A stretch of 64,000 bases of DNA from Camelus ferus. Taxonomy: Eukaryota. The stretch covers positions 45,696,001 through 45,760,000 of the forward strand of contig NC_045696.1 in the NCBI RefSeq assembly GCF_009834535.1, read 5' to 3'. The stretch's first letter is position 1; each line of letters starts with the position of its first letter. The notes beneath the pieces are model-generated. The model was given only the letters and a program-made list of their open reading frames with translations, had not been told where the DNA came from and did not search any database. Positions 10,646 through 22,428 of this stretch are shown here, piece by piece. The translations under genes and the position numbers were made by a program.

Positions 10646-12462
10646 ATCTCATGTGTGTACTGCATCCTGAAGGTTAGTGCCCCATCCTTGTAAGGAATCA
10701 TCTCCAAGCTGGCACCTCAGTTTGCCTTGACAAGTCTACTTCTTTGCTCTATCAGAATGACAGCTTCTGGGTGGTATTATGTGGCCTGCGGATCTTATGG
10801 TCATGTGTCCACTCCTACTCCTCTTTTGTTGTAAAATGGGGGTTTCAATGCCTCAATGTGATACGATATAAAGTGAGATCCTTATCTGGTGGATTATTAT
10901 GTAAGCCCTCAGATAGTGGTGCTGCTTGACATCTGCAGTCAGAAAATATACTCAGAAAATATTCCTATTCTTCTTAAAATGAATCATTGCCATTGCTGGG
11001 TAAAAGGGTTTCAATACAATCAACTTGCCAAGTGTCTTCTTCGTTTTTTTGAGGGACAGTGCTCTATTAGAGACAGCGTTCATCTTCACTGCTGAGAGGC
11101 TGACAGTCCATTAATGGCATAGCTAGATCAGCCTTGATGTGTGCAAGCCTATACTTTTTGATCCATGCATAGTCTTCATCCCTGCCATCATGGCTACTAC
11201 ATTCATGGGCCCATTCTGTAAGCATTGGAGTGGACAATGACAGTCTGACTGACATCAATTGGACAGTCATTTTATCTACTTGGTTGTTTAGTGCCTCTTC
11301 CATGAAGGGTGTTCTCTGATGGCATCAGGATGCAATGAAAACCATTTCACATTTGTGCCTGTTCCCCTAGATATAGCGTGGTCAATTAAGCCAACATTTA
11401 TATGAACCAAACTCTGATTTTTCCCCTCCAAATCTCCGTTTTTCTATAAATTTAAGCAGAGTGAGAGGTTCTGGTGCAAAGGTGAAAGACACGGTAGTGG
11501 GTGAGGTGGAGGTGTGGTAGTGATAGTGGAGTTAATGACATGGTGCTAGTGGAGATAGAGCAGGGTCTCAGCCATTGGCTTAAGATACAAGCTTAACTTG
11601 TGTCTTTGGGCATTATTTAGATGCTTATACCAGATCTCAGGTGTACTACTTCCATATTACAATGGATTCCTAATAGGGCTACTTATTTCAATCACAGATC
11701 TACTCCTGAAGGAAGCTCTGACCACACAGTCACTTGATGACTCCATGGTGAGACATTCTACATCTACCACTATTGAGTGGTGAAAAAAGAGAGAGAGATT
11801 TTCTAAAAGGCATATAGTTTCCTGCAAAGCTGTGCTCCAGAATAAACTGTATGTTTCTTTTACCAGGACTTCCCAAATACTCCACTTGACTTTTTACACC
11901 ACAGACTCCTCCAATACAGTGTAAGGCCCAAGAAGCAGAGCTGCCTGTCCTACAGCCTAGACCTACAGAAACCTTTGCTTTTCTGAAACCCAGGCAAAGA
12001 TGGCTGCTTTTCACGTCACACTTTTTACCGGCAGAGCAGTTTTTCCAGAAATATGCTGATTCCCGAACCTGAAGAGGCCAACTTGGTGTTGTGTTTCCTC
12101 CTTCATGGTGAGAGATATCAGGGGTGATAATCTGTCCTTTACTTTAGAGGATATGTACTGACATGTCCCTGACCACCAAACCTCTGAGTATATAACAAGC
12201 CCCTAATCTTCTCATCCTCTGTAATGTGTGGGTCTTGCAAACACCCTCAACATACTTGTCACTTCCTGCTTTTCCAATCTGATTAAGATGATGTCATCAA
12301 TATAATGTACTAATGAGATGTTTAGTATGATGTCCAGATGATTCAAATGTCTTTAGAGGTGGGAGAGTATGAAGGTGCCTTGGTATCAGTGTCAACTCAG
12401 ATCCTATGTCCAACAGTCCAGATGGTTGGGCACTCCCTTTCCTGAGTAAATGGACATTCAAG

Positions 12463-12863
12463 GGGAGGATTCTACACAGAGATTTCCGAGCAGGAAGTTT
12501 ACTGAGGAGTGCTCTCAAAATCAACACCTGTAGAAAAGTAAAGAGTATGGAAGGAAAACTTGGACTGTGATGGTTTCTCACAACAGATCTCAGCTGGCCT
12601 CACTGGGAGCTCTGAAGCTTTGATAACCCTTCAGAGTTATTCGAAGTCATGGCAAAATAGCCAGAATCTTACACCTCTGTGTTGACCCGTCATTGGATAC
12701 AGGCTGCCCAGGGAGGGGGATGTGCTCTCGAGTGAGGTGTCTCTCTTAGCTGAGGCAACTTGAGTGGAACTAATAACTGAGGGCTTTCAGCTTACATCTC
12801 TTCCACCAGCTGGGGTGGGAGGAAGCCCTTTGTTCATAAAGAGGGGTCACAATGTCTACTACA
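12463..12863 (-). mobile_element. ERVL LTR (LTR16-like), 5' LTR of provirus
   Basis: The minus strand begins TGTAGTAGAC. Homologous to 8762-9186 and directly abuts protease-coding sequence. Confidence 0.78.
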
Positions 12864-13253
12864 CCACTGCTGCATTTAGTACATTACAGCATAAAAAGGA
12901 CATTAGTAAACTGGAAAGAAGTTCAATGTAATTGTTAAGCCTTTCCGTAGGAGCTCAATTCAATTAACATTACGTCTTTCTAGTGTTATAGTTCTATACA
13001 CTAACCATACGTAAAATATATATTATATCAATAAAGGATAGATTTGTGTATTATCTTCAAACTCATTTAAAATAACTTATCACTAAGAAACAAAATAACA
13101 TCACTAAATTGTATAGCACAAGTTAACTTTTTAACAAAGCAAATATTGTCAAGTCTTACAAAATTCTATGGGATAGTGAAAGAAAGCCATATCAGGGACA
13201 TTTTTCTTCTTCCCAATATTCATGAGAAGCAACTAATATTACATCTTCGAAAG

Positions 13254-13490
13254 GGCACTAGTCTGGAAGTGAGAAGACCTGGGTTCAAATTCTATTTTTA
13301 CTGTCTTTTATGTGACCTAGGGCAGGTAATCAGGGTGCCTTCTAATCATATGATGTAAGGCAAGCTCTGTATGTTTATTTCTTGTCTGTGCATGTGTGTG
13401 TGGCATGTTTTATGAATGCTTCAAGGCTTATTGTGAAAACAGAAATGTTTTAATATGTAAAAGTGTTTTTCTAAGCTACAAATTAGTATA
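13254..13490 (+). mobile_element. MIR SINE
   Basis: 'ggcactagtctggaagtgagaagacctgggttcaaattct...tgtgacctagggcaggta'. Confidence 0.7.
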
Positions 13491-13869
13491 TGAACATAAT
13501 TTAGTAATCAGTGTTAATTCAAAATTCTTCTGACTTTATCATTCTTTGAAATGATGTATCATTCTGACTTTAAATCATTCTGACTTTAATGTGGCATGTG
13601 AAGTTTCATCCTTCATTATAATTGTGAGATGGTAATAGAATTAGATGAACATACATGCTTCATTCAACAGCTCCCCATGGCTCTGAGACAAGAGCTTAGT
13701 AGGTACTCATTAAATAGTTATTGATGAATGAATGAGACTCCTACTTACATAAAGAGCATCAGTAATCTGTCCACAAATATTAAGTCATACTATTTAAACA
13801 AGACCTAAATGAGAATATACTAATCACTGCATTGACTCCCAGTGAGATCTGGCATTATAGAGACATAAT

Positions 13870-13990
13870 ATCTCAGGGCTGGAAGGGGCCTTGACAATCA
13901 TCTGAGCTAGCCACCTCTTTTACAAATGAGTACATAAAGGCACAGAGTCTAACTAGTTGCATAATTGTGTCAGAATCCAAACCTCTCAAT
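13870..13990 (-). mobile_element. MIR/MIR3 fragment
   Basis: 'gggctggaaggggccttgacaatcatct...ttttacaaatgag...ggcacagag'. Confidence 0.6.
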
Positions 13991-16900
13991 AACCAGGTTG
14001 GAATCCTTTCTTTCACACAATTCTATATGTCATTATTATACTATTTTGGCTCTCTCTAGAAATAAAATCTAGCGGGGGAAAAAAAAAGAAGTAACATGTT
14101 TTCTAGCACAACATCCTCAAGAGATTTTTTTCAATTAAAGCTCAAATTAAAGTTTACTAATTTTCAAATCTGGAATACGGTGAGAGAATCTCAACAATTA
14201 TTTTCATATTAGGGAGTTAAGAAAAAAACTAAGCTTTAAATTAAAACTGCCATTACTTTTTTGCTGCACTTAATTGAACTTCATGTTACTTCTACCTTCA
14301 GATACCATTCTGATTTTCCAACCAGTACTCAACAAAAGACACATAATCTATTAATTCATTTTTCTCTTTTCTCCCCTGATTCATCCAACTTAGCTTTCTT
14401 ATATGCAATATGTATTCAATGTACCTCATGTGAAATATAATTTATCTTTCTCAATTTCCAAATATTAATGATTAGCAAAAACACATGTCTAAACTCTGAT
14501 TTAAACCCAACAGAAAAGAAATCACCACAGTTTTACATATTACGCATAAAAAGATTTTTAAATGCTACTAGGCAAATTTGATTTTTAAACATTAAAGTAA
14601 TTTCTAAATATTTTCCTAGTGACTATTTAGGCAAACTATTAGGAAATATTAGGAAAGATATCAAGAACAAATGAAAATAGTAATATAAAGGCAATCTACT
14701 TAATGCAGTAATAAAGAAAGGAAAGTGAAAAACCTGAAAACTTGAAATGTATAAATATGAGGTGGTCACCATAACAGAAATGTTATAATCAAGGTACTTC
14801 CTGTGGCTTTTGAAAGCCAATAAAAATAGCAAGTTATTAAAAATCAGTAAGAAGGTAATTTTAGTAAAGTTTCTTTTACCAAAGAACGAAAGAAAAATCC
14901 AATTAACTAGGGTCTTAAAATAATAAGCTAGGGGAACTTTTAGAAATGGTCCCATCAAAAAAATCTTTTCCTCAGATTTCAAATAGTAAAAAATATTATT
15001 TTTCTTTGGATAGAAAAAAATGGGATCCATCAATAGAATTCTCCACATAATCACATTACAGAGCTGTCCAAAAATACACAAAATACATTTTTTAGAAATA
15101 GAATTATAAGAATTTTAAGGATTATTAGCTTAATATGCTTAAGTACAAGTGTTAAAAACTCACTTACATTCAAGTTTGTATTCTGATTTCTTCCTCTTTA
15201 GATTCATGAAATAACAGAAATGCCTATTTTCTACATAATATGGACATTGTTTAACATTGTTACATAATATATTCAGCATTAATAAGGTATTTATGAAAGT
15301 AGAATAGGTTCATATGGATAGTCTCATTAAAATGAATAAACTTTGCTTCTAAATGTTAAATATTAGGAGAGTAAACCAATGTTTTGGTCGGTGTGCTCTT
15401 TAATTTATACTCAAAGGGATTTGGTGTTCTTACTTTTTAATAAAATGCCTTTGTAATATAGAGACCTCTTTTACTCAGTTGTAAAAAGATAGTTTATGAT
15501 CTTGATGTTCTACTCGCATTCTGATAAAAAGACTTGACAATTTCCACCTGTATCCAAGCTACTTAAAAAATAAAAAAACCTTACCATCCTTTATATCTCC
15601 ACACATAATTATTAAGTGTCATTCAAAACTGACAGTAGGACAACAAAGCCACACAATTACACAGAAGGCTATATTTTCAAATGCCATTCTAAATTTATGA
15701 AATTGCATACTTTTACAGTCCTCCTATGAAAATGTCAAAAGTGTTAACCATAATCTTTTCTCTGACAGCTGAATTTGACAAATTCATATCCTTAATGTAA
15801 TCGTCTCTTATTTTTACAAACAATGATAAAAATTCTAGAGTCTAATTCCTGTCTTTTTACTTCTTGAGGTTAGGATGTTTACTTCATATTTATCAGAAAT
15901 CTCTTACACCTAGAAAAATAGTGAAAAGTGATAAAAATGTTAATGTCATTTAATTATAAAAAACTTATACTCATAAAATACTTAATAATATGAGAGAAAC
16001 TGAAGATTAAAATTGACTCCATTCCCAAGCCTTGGCTGCCTAATTCCTATTCTCGAGGTCATCTGGAGAGTCTGATTAAAATGGAGAAATCCATTATTAA
16101 TGATTTATGGCTGATCATTGTATACATATTTATACAATTGACATAATGGTATATATATATGGATATGGTTATATATAATTTTTTACATAAATAATATAAT
16201 TATATATATGTATATATATTGCATGCCTCTGTGAATGCATCTGTAGGGTAAATTCTTAGCAAGGAAATTTCTATGTCTAAGCATGTATATATTTATAAGT
16301 CAAATTAGTTAAGACTAAATTAAATCAGTTAAATATGATTTTTTGTCTTTAATTCTTATTTTTTATTGAAGTGTAGTTAATTTATAATGTTATAATAAAT
16401 ATAATACATATACATATTTTCAGATTTTTAAAAATATATTTTTAATATAGTCCAGATATAATCCATTTTAAGAGTTTAAAGTTAATCAACAATGGGCCGC
16501 AAGATAAATGATAACTTTGTAAAAAACAAATCAAAACAAAACTTAAATACAGAAAATTCTTTGGGAAAAATTGTGATCAACCTTGGAATTGAATTTTGAA
16601 GAGCACAACACAATGACAATAGCAATCACTCGTCTGTAAGATTTAAAATAAAAATAAAACTGTTTTTATTTGTTTACTTATTTTTAATTTTTTTTTTTTA
16701 GGTTAGTAAGTTACTAGAACAACCTTAATAATGGGAGTGGTTATTTCCTAAATTTACAGCATCATAAAAGCAAACAAAATTATTTAATGCCAAATAAGAC
16801 AACATATTTGTCATCAATGCAGAAAGTAATCAGCCAAACATTTGAATGATTTCATGTTTAAAGCCATTAAAATCACACAAATCCCTGAAAATGGTCAGTA

Positions 16901-17537
16901 ACTGAACAAAGTGGATATATACCTCCTAATTCCCAATGATTTCTGTTGATATCAAACAAACGTGATTCAACGACATACTGTATTTTTCCATTTGCTCTTA
17001 CTGGGAGGGAGGGAGACTTAGATATCCTTACTTCATATTTCTATTTAGATAGAGAAATTTAAAATATCTTTTCAATCGGAAGAATTTGAGATCTATAGTA
17101 AACAGTGCTAGCTGATCACTGTGTAGTAATCAAAGTTCTTATGCTCAGGATCAACAAATGTACTAGATCTGCATTTTCTGGCAATCAATATGAGAAATGG
17201 GAAGACAACCAAAACCGGGAAACTTTGGACCTCAGGTATACATGTACAAGAAGCCCATCTGTGTTCGACTTTTCTGAAAATGAGAAAATACATAATACGT
17301 AATCTTCCAGATTTTTTAAGATTTAATTCTTATGTGTTCTAAAATATATTCCTTAACGCCTCCTTATGGAACTTCTTTGAGAATGTGGGTTTCATTTCAA
17401 AATGCTCTTCACTGGAAGAGCAAGCATTAAACTCGAGTGCATGTTGTTTTGTATGTATTTATCACCACAGACACATAATGAGGGAAGAAAAGTTTAGATC
17501 GATCTCACTCTCTCTATCTTTCCCAACTACCTCACAC

Positions 17538-17581
17538 ACATACATACATACATACATACATACATACATACATACATACAT
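17538..17581. repeat. (TACA)n microsatellite
   Basis: Visible tandem array. Confidence 0.95.
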
Positions 17582-17804
17582 CAAGCTTCATAATGATTGT
17601 ATTTATCCTAGAGGTCACAGTCAGATTAGATTATCAGTATCTGCCTGGTTCCAAAGTTGTAGCAATAATACCTAAAATAGTATCCATAAAAAAAAAATTA
17701 CTGTCTCTTTAGTGAAACAACTTTTCCAGGACTTCCATCATCAATGCCTGAATGCTTTAGTGCCTTTGTTTTAATTATGACACATACTACACTGGTCTCA
17801 GAAT

Positions 17805-18470
17805 AATTCACTCATCATTTTACCAAGGTTATATTTAACGTACATACTATGCAGGTTATGGTATTAGGGAACAACAGATAGATCAAAATTTGAGTTTGAT
17901 TCTGAGTCTAATATTGTGCCAGGTTATATAGTTTATACAGAGAAATATGGTCCTTCATTTTTAGGAGATTTCAAACTATCTGGAAATTAATGGTCAACAT
18001 AACAAAAAAGTCAAATAGCAAAATGATACATGACAAATGAATAGAAAGGCAATAGGGTACTGTAGATTTTTAAGGAACCAAGTACAGTATTATTTCATAC
18101 AAGATATTTACCTAAAATCATCACTTGATGATGAATGGAATTCAAACTTGGATAGGAAAGTGAAAAATCCATTTTAGGCATGAATAATTGTGTGAACTGA
18201 TATTAAGGCACATCGTAGGGGATTAGTTTAGGAAGAGCATACATATTCATCTGGCCAGAATAAACTTTAACAACAACAAAAAAACACCCTAGGAAATATC
18301 TACTGAAAGCTAGTCAGAATTTAGGTCATTCTATACCACAGGGACATGTTAGTCCATAGGGACTTGTAATACAAGTCTAAGGAAAAAGCATTTTATCTTT
18401 GGGAAGAGAGAAATGCTTTATCTGAAGTGGCAATGTGTTATAAAAGATAATCTAGATATGAGAAGTAACA
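17805..18470 (-). mobile_element. Degraded L2 LINE fragment
   Basis: Antisense L2 tail ('ttcactcatcatt...tactatgcagg...atggtccttcatttttaggagatttcaaactatctgg') plus internal L2-like sequence. Confidence 0.5.
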
Positions 18471-18499
18471 TGGTTAGATAATACCACCAGTATACTTTA

Positions 18500-18700
18500 A
18501 GTATACTGAGCGCTTATTGTGTAATAGGCTCTGTGCTAGGTGACCAACATGGATTGTATCATCTTAAAAGTACTTAAAGACTGCTATTATAATAATTCAT
18601 ATTTCTAGGGGAGAAGATAAGGCTAAGACAGGTTCAAAAATTGCCTCAGGATCCCCAAACTAGCCCATGAATAAGCCAGAATTTAAATGTAGGCCAGAGT
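18500..18700 (-). mobile_element. MIR SINE
   Basis: 'tactgagcgcttattgtgtaataggctctgtgctagg...ggttcaaaaattgcctcagg...gccagaatttaaat'. Confidence 0.6.
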
Positions 18701-19689
18701 TCTGGAGGCAACTAATTAAAACTGGTGTTTTGTGATAAGTTTCTCTACTGTGCAGCTACAGTAAAAATAAAGAGGAATAAAAGAATGTTATAAGACAACG
18801 TGAAGGAAATCGGATCAAATCAAACAGTGCCGTGAAAACACAACACATTTATAAGGAATAAAACTGTTGAGTAACGATGTGTTAGTGTTATCCACATTTC
18901 CTTTGCAGAAAGTTGCTTCTGCCTTTTCCTGAATTATGTGGTCATGCTAATGATAGCCAGTTACCTCAGATCGGTTTGACAGAAAATTCAAGATGAAAAC
19001 AATTTGCAGATGTCTCAGAACAGACTCATTTTATCAGATTGCCCTGTTGGTGATGGTTTGGTTTTGTGTGAATAATTTTCCCCCAATATGTATTCAGTAG
19101 AAATGATACAAACCAGCTTTGCAGATAGGTCTCTTAAGAAAAAATTAGCTTTGTCTTTACCTATGTTTCCTAAAGGTATCTTTCCATCTGACTAGTTTTC
19201 TTCAGTTTATTTTGGAGTGGACATAAAGAAAGCATTGAAAATCTGCTCACATTAAATTCTTGCAAAGTTTCATCTGAAACAGATTCTTATGGAAAAGTAA
19301 GAACAGCAATGAGCTCATTGCCTGATTTTTGTTGGATCTCATCTGTCTTCTTTAGAGACATGCTTATTAAATAGCTCCACACAAATAGTCAGTAATTAGA
19401 AATATGAATATCTAAACTTGAAGAAAATGCTTGAAAAGCATTAAATCTGACATAAAGTTTTTCTACCAGGAGGTCACTACTAGGGCATGCAGAGTGTGTT
19501 TGATAAATACTTATTACTGAATGAGCATTGTGACTTTAACTTGAATGCAGGTCCAACTCTTCCATAGCTGTTTTAAAAAAACATTTACGTAAGGTTTTTT
19601 TTGGATGATCAGATAAAGATAATTTTGTCCAACAAAAGTTAAGTAGAAATACAAGTCATGATGATGCCATATCTCTGCGTGAGACCTCA

Positions 19690-20091
19690 AGATGGCTTTG
19701 CATCACACTCTGAATAAGGACAAAGTCCTCGCGATGATCGTGTACGAACTAGCATGTGCTACCTCTCTGATTTTGGCTCTTGCTGATCGTCCTCTCAATT
19801 ACTCTGCTCCAGTTCCTTTGGCCACCTGGCTACCTCTCAAACAAACTAGGTACCAGCCTATGTTAAGGCATTACTACCGGCTGGTCCTTCTGTCCAGAAC
19901 CTTCTTCAAAATTTCACTATGGTTGATTCCCTCTTCTTCTGTAAGCATTGGCAAGAAGAAAATAATAATAATGTTAATTCTGATCATCCTATTTAAATAT
20001 CATCCCCCCACTGATTCACCATTCTTGATATTCCTCATCTTGTTCCACTTATATATACTTTGCCAGTTATCATCTTCTAACACACCAGAAA

Positions 20092-20125
<34 letters not shown>

Positions 20126-20282
20126 AAATATATATTTAATTTTATAACCTTTCTCCTAAAATATAAGCTCCTGGAGAGCAGGAATGTTTGTTTAACAAAA
20201 CAAACACTGTTGAATCCCAAGCATCTAGTTCAGAGCCTAAATAGCAGACACTGAAATAATATTTGTTGAATGAAAGAACTGA
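19690..20282 (+). mobile_element. L2a-like LINE 3' region containing a (TA)n tract at about 20094-20135
   Basis: 'actctgctccagttcctttggcc', 'atataagctcctggagagcagg', and terminal 'aataatatttgttgaatgaaagaa'. Confidence 0.75.
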
Positions 20283-21533
20283 TAAATGAAAGCATCTTCA
20301 CATTCTCCAATCAAAATTGACCTTGTGTTTCAGAGATGCAGTGTAAAGAGTCAGTAACTTTTCTGACTGGCCAATCCTTCACCAGGGAGACATTAATGAA
20401 TATAATTCTTCTAGGGCATGTTTTTGCTAAGTGTTTAGAGCAATTGCTAGTTAAATATCATGCCTTATCGTTGAAGTCTGATAAGTATTACTTTATAAAA
20501 TGTCAATTAAATAGAATCAAGACGACACTCTTTTAAGTCAAACAATTCTATTATCTTTGATAAGAGTAGATTCTAAAGAGTATGTCTCTGAGACAGGGGA
20601 AATCAATGCAATCGTCTAAACTATGTGTTCTCTGAAACTACGTCTGCCTCATCTTTGAATAAAACCTCTCAGTGGCTTGACATTTATAAATTCTCAATAT
20701 TTGCTGACAAAAGAATGTATTTCAAAGGTCCCTTTCATCTAGCATCCACTAAGTGTCAAGGATTTTTAATTTTAGCTGCTGAGACTTGGTGGAAGATCTC
20801 TGGTGGTTCCACGTCCTTTTTACCTAAAAGGCATTTTGGCTAAATGACTTCAGGGCTCCTATTCTATCGATTTAGTCTAATTTTAAATATTCTGCTAGAT
20901 TAGAGAATTCCTTAGATAAAAGAACACTGAGAGAAAGACTAATGAGTGTTTTTCCTTCAAATTGTCATGCTTTAATCATGGTTCTCCTTAATCTGTGCTT
21001 TAAGATGTTCTTTTCATTTCAGTTAAATCTACAAGTACCGTTCTGAAAGAATCTTATCACTTTCTTCTCTGTGTTTTAATAGTGTATCCCAAAAGGAAAC
21101 AGTTGTATACAGTGAATAGACATCAATGTCTGGCTGAATTTCATCAATGACAAGAAAACAATAAATTCTATTCTTATGGGATCTGTGGTCAGTGCACAAT
21201 ATTGTGTACCACAGGGTGGTATTTTATCTTAACAATATGAACCAAAGATAGAGTGACAGGCCTAAAATTAGATCTAGCTTTGGGAAGCTTAATGAAAAAA
21301 TTCTAGAATGAGAGAAAGTTAAAGAAAGAGCATTTAATCAAAAAGCAAATTTTTTAACAATTATTTTTCTATAGTCCCTTTGCTATTATCTTAAACTCAC
21401 ATTATTTGATTCAAAGCTTTTCCTTCAATCTTAGTTAGTTGAAGAAGTTATCATTATGCAATTGAAACTTCAGATTCTCATTGCTGAGATTTTTCAATGC
21501 AGTTCAATCAGAAGTATGATTTGTAAAAGGTCT

Positions 21534-21873
21534 TGCTATGATCTGAATGTTTATGTCTTCCTGAAATTCATATGTTGAAACATAACCTCCAAGATACGGC
21601 ATTAGGTGGTGGTAGGGCCTTTGAGATGTGATCAGGTTATGAAGGGGCAGCCCTCATGAATGAGACTAGTGTCCTTATAAAGAAGCATAACCTAGTTCCC
21701 TAGCCTCTTCTGTCATGCAAGGATATAAGAAGCCTGCAGTCTGGCCTTCACCTGACCATGCTGGCACCTTGATCTTAAATGTTCCCTTCCAGAACTGTGA
21801 GAAATAAATTTCTGTCATTTATAAGCTACTTAGTCTGTGATTTTTGCTATAGCAGCCCAAATACACTAAGAAA
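21534..21873 (+). mobile_element. MLT1A/A0-type MaLR solo LTR
   Basis: Starts tgctatgatctgaatgtt. Ends 'agaactgtgagaaataaatttctg...tatagcagcccaaatacactaaga'. Near-TSD ggtct/ggtcc. Confidence 0.88.
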
Positions 21874-22228
21874 GGTCCCCACTATTACCACCATTTCATT
21901 AATATCTATTGATATTCACAAGGACTCATGAAATTTAATTCTTACAATGTGCTAATTCTTGACTGCCTTTCTGGTCTAGGAAGTACATTATATAAGACTG
22001 GGGATTGCATTAAGACTTCCTTCACAAAAAAGAAAAGAAAAGAAAAAGAAACAAAACCAACAATAGCAAAACCCTGAGAAGTACACATATTCCTATACTG
22101 GCATCCAAAATCTACCTCTTCATAATGAAGACAAATTAAATGGGACTGCTGCTCCGTAAAGATTAATTCATAAGTTAATTCATATTATACGTATTTCTTT
22201 TCTCTAGGAACTGTGCTAGGCTCTAAAA

Positions 22229-22428
22229 CAATGCTAACTAGTAGAACTCCCTACAGTGATGAAACTGTTCTAAATCCAACATGGTAGTCACTAACCACAT
22301 GTAGCTAATAAGGACTTGCTGTGTGATCGGTGTGACAGAGAAATTAAATTTTTTTATTTGATTTTAATTAATTTAAATATAAGTTTACATAGCTACATGT
22401 GGCTAGTGGGTACCATACTGGACAGTTT
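22229..22428 (+). mobile_element. MER3 (hAT-Charlie) MITE
   Basis: 'tccaacatggtagtcactaaccacatgtagcta...tagctacatgtggctagtgggtaccatactggacag', an internally palindromic MER3 structure. Confidence 0.8.

Larger units (their letters stand above)
9187..12462 (-). mobile_element. ERVL internal region (HERV16/ERV3-16-like), decayed pol: protease, RT, integrase
   Basis: Protease motif GLLDIGSELTLIP (ORF 12297-12581). RT catalytic YIDD at 12304-12293. Integrase N-terminal segment EEALNNQVDKM...WAHECSSHDGRDEDYAW...KADLA (ORF 11067-11303), like ERV-L WAHEQSGHGGRDGGYAW. Frameshifts and stops throughout. Confidence 0.88.

Noticed and set aside
11067..11303. Intact or domesticated retroviral gene
   Set aside because: pol is fragmented by stops, frameshifts, deletions and nested insertions, and the zinc-finger cysteines are not fully retained.
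13558..13589. Short tandem duplications (16 bp here; also 15 bp at 36932-36961 and about 24 bp near 55917-55963)
   Set aside because: Ordinary slippage duplications of two copies with no spacers; not CRISPR-like.
14623..15081. 152-aa minus-strand ORF
   Set aside because: F/I/L/Y-rich composition expected from T-rich DNA, non-ATG start, no recognisable domain.
17232..17273. Alternative frame KSRTQMGFLYMYT resembling the LC3 'GFLYM' motif
   Set aside because: Only five residues match and there is no flanking ATG8/LC3 similarity.
19692..20105. 137-aa ORF
   Set aside because: Lies within a degraded L2 element.
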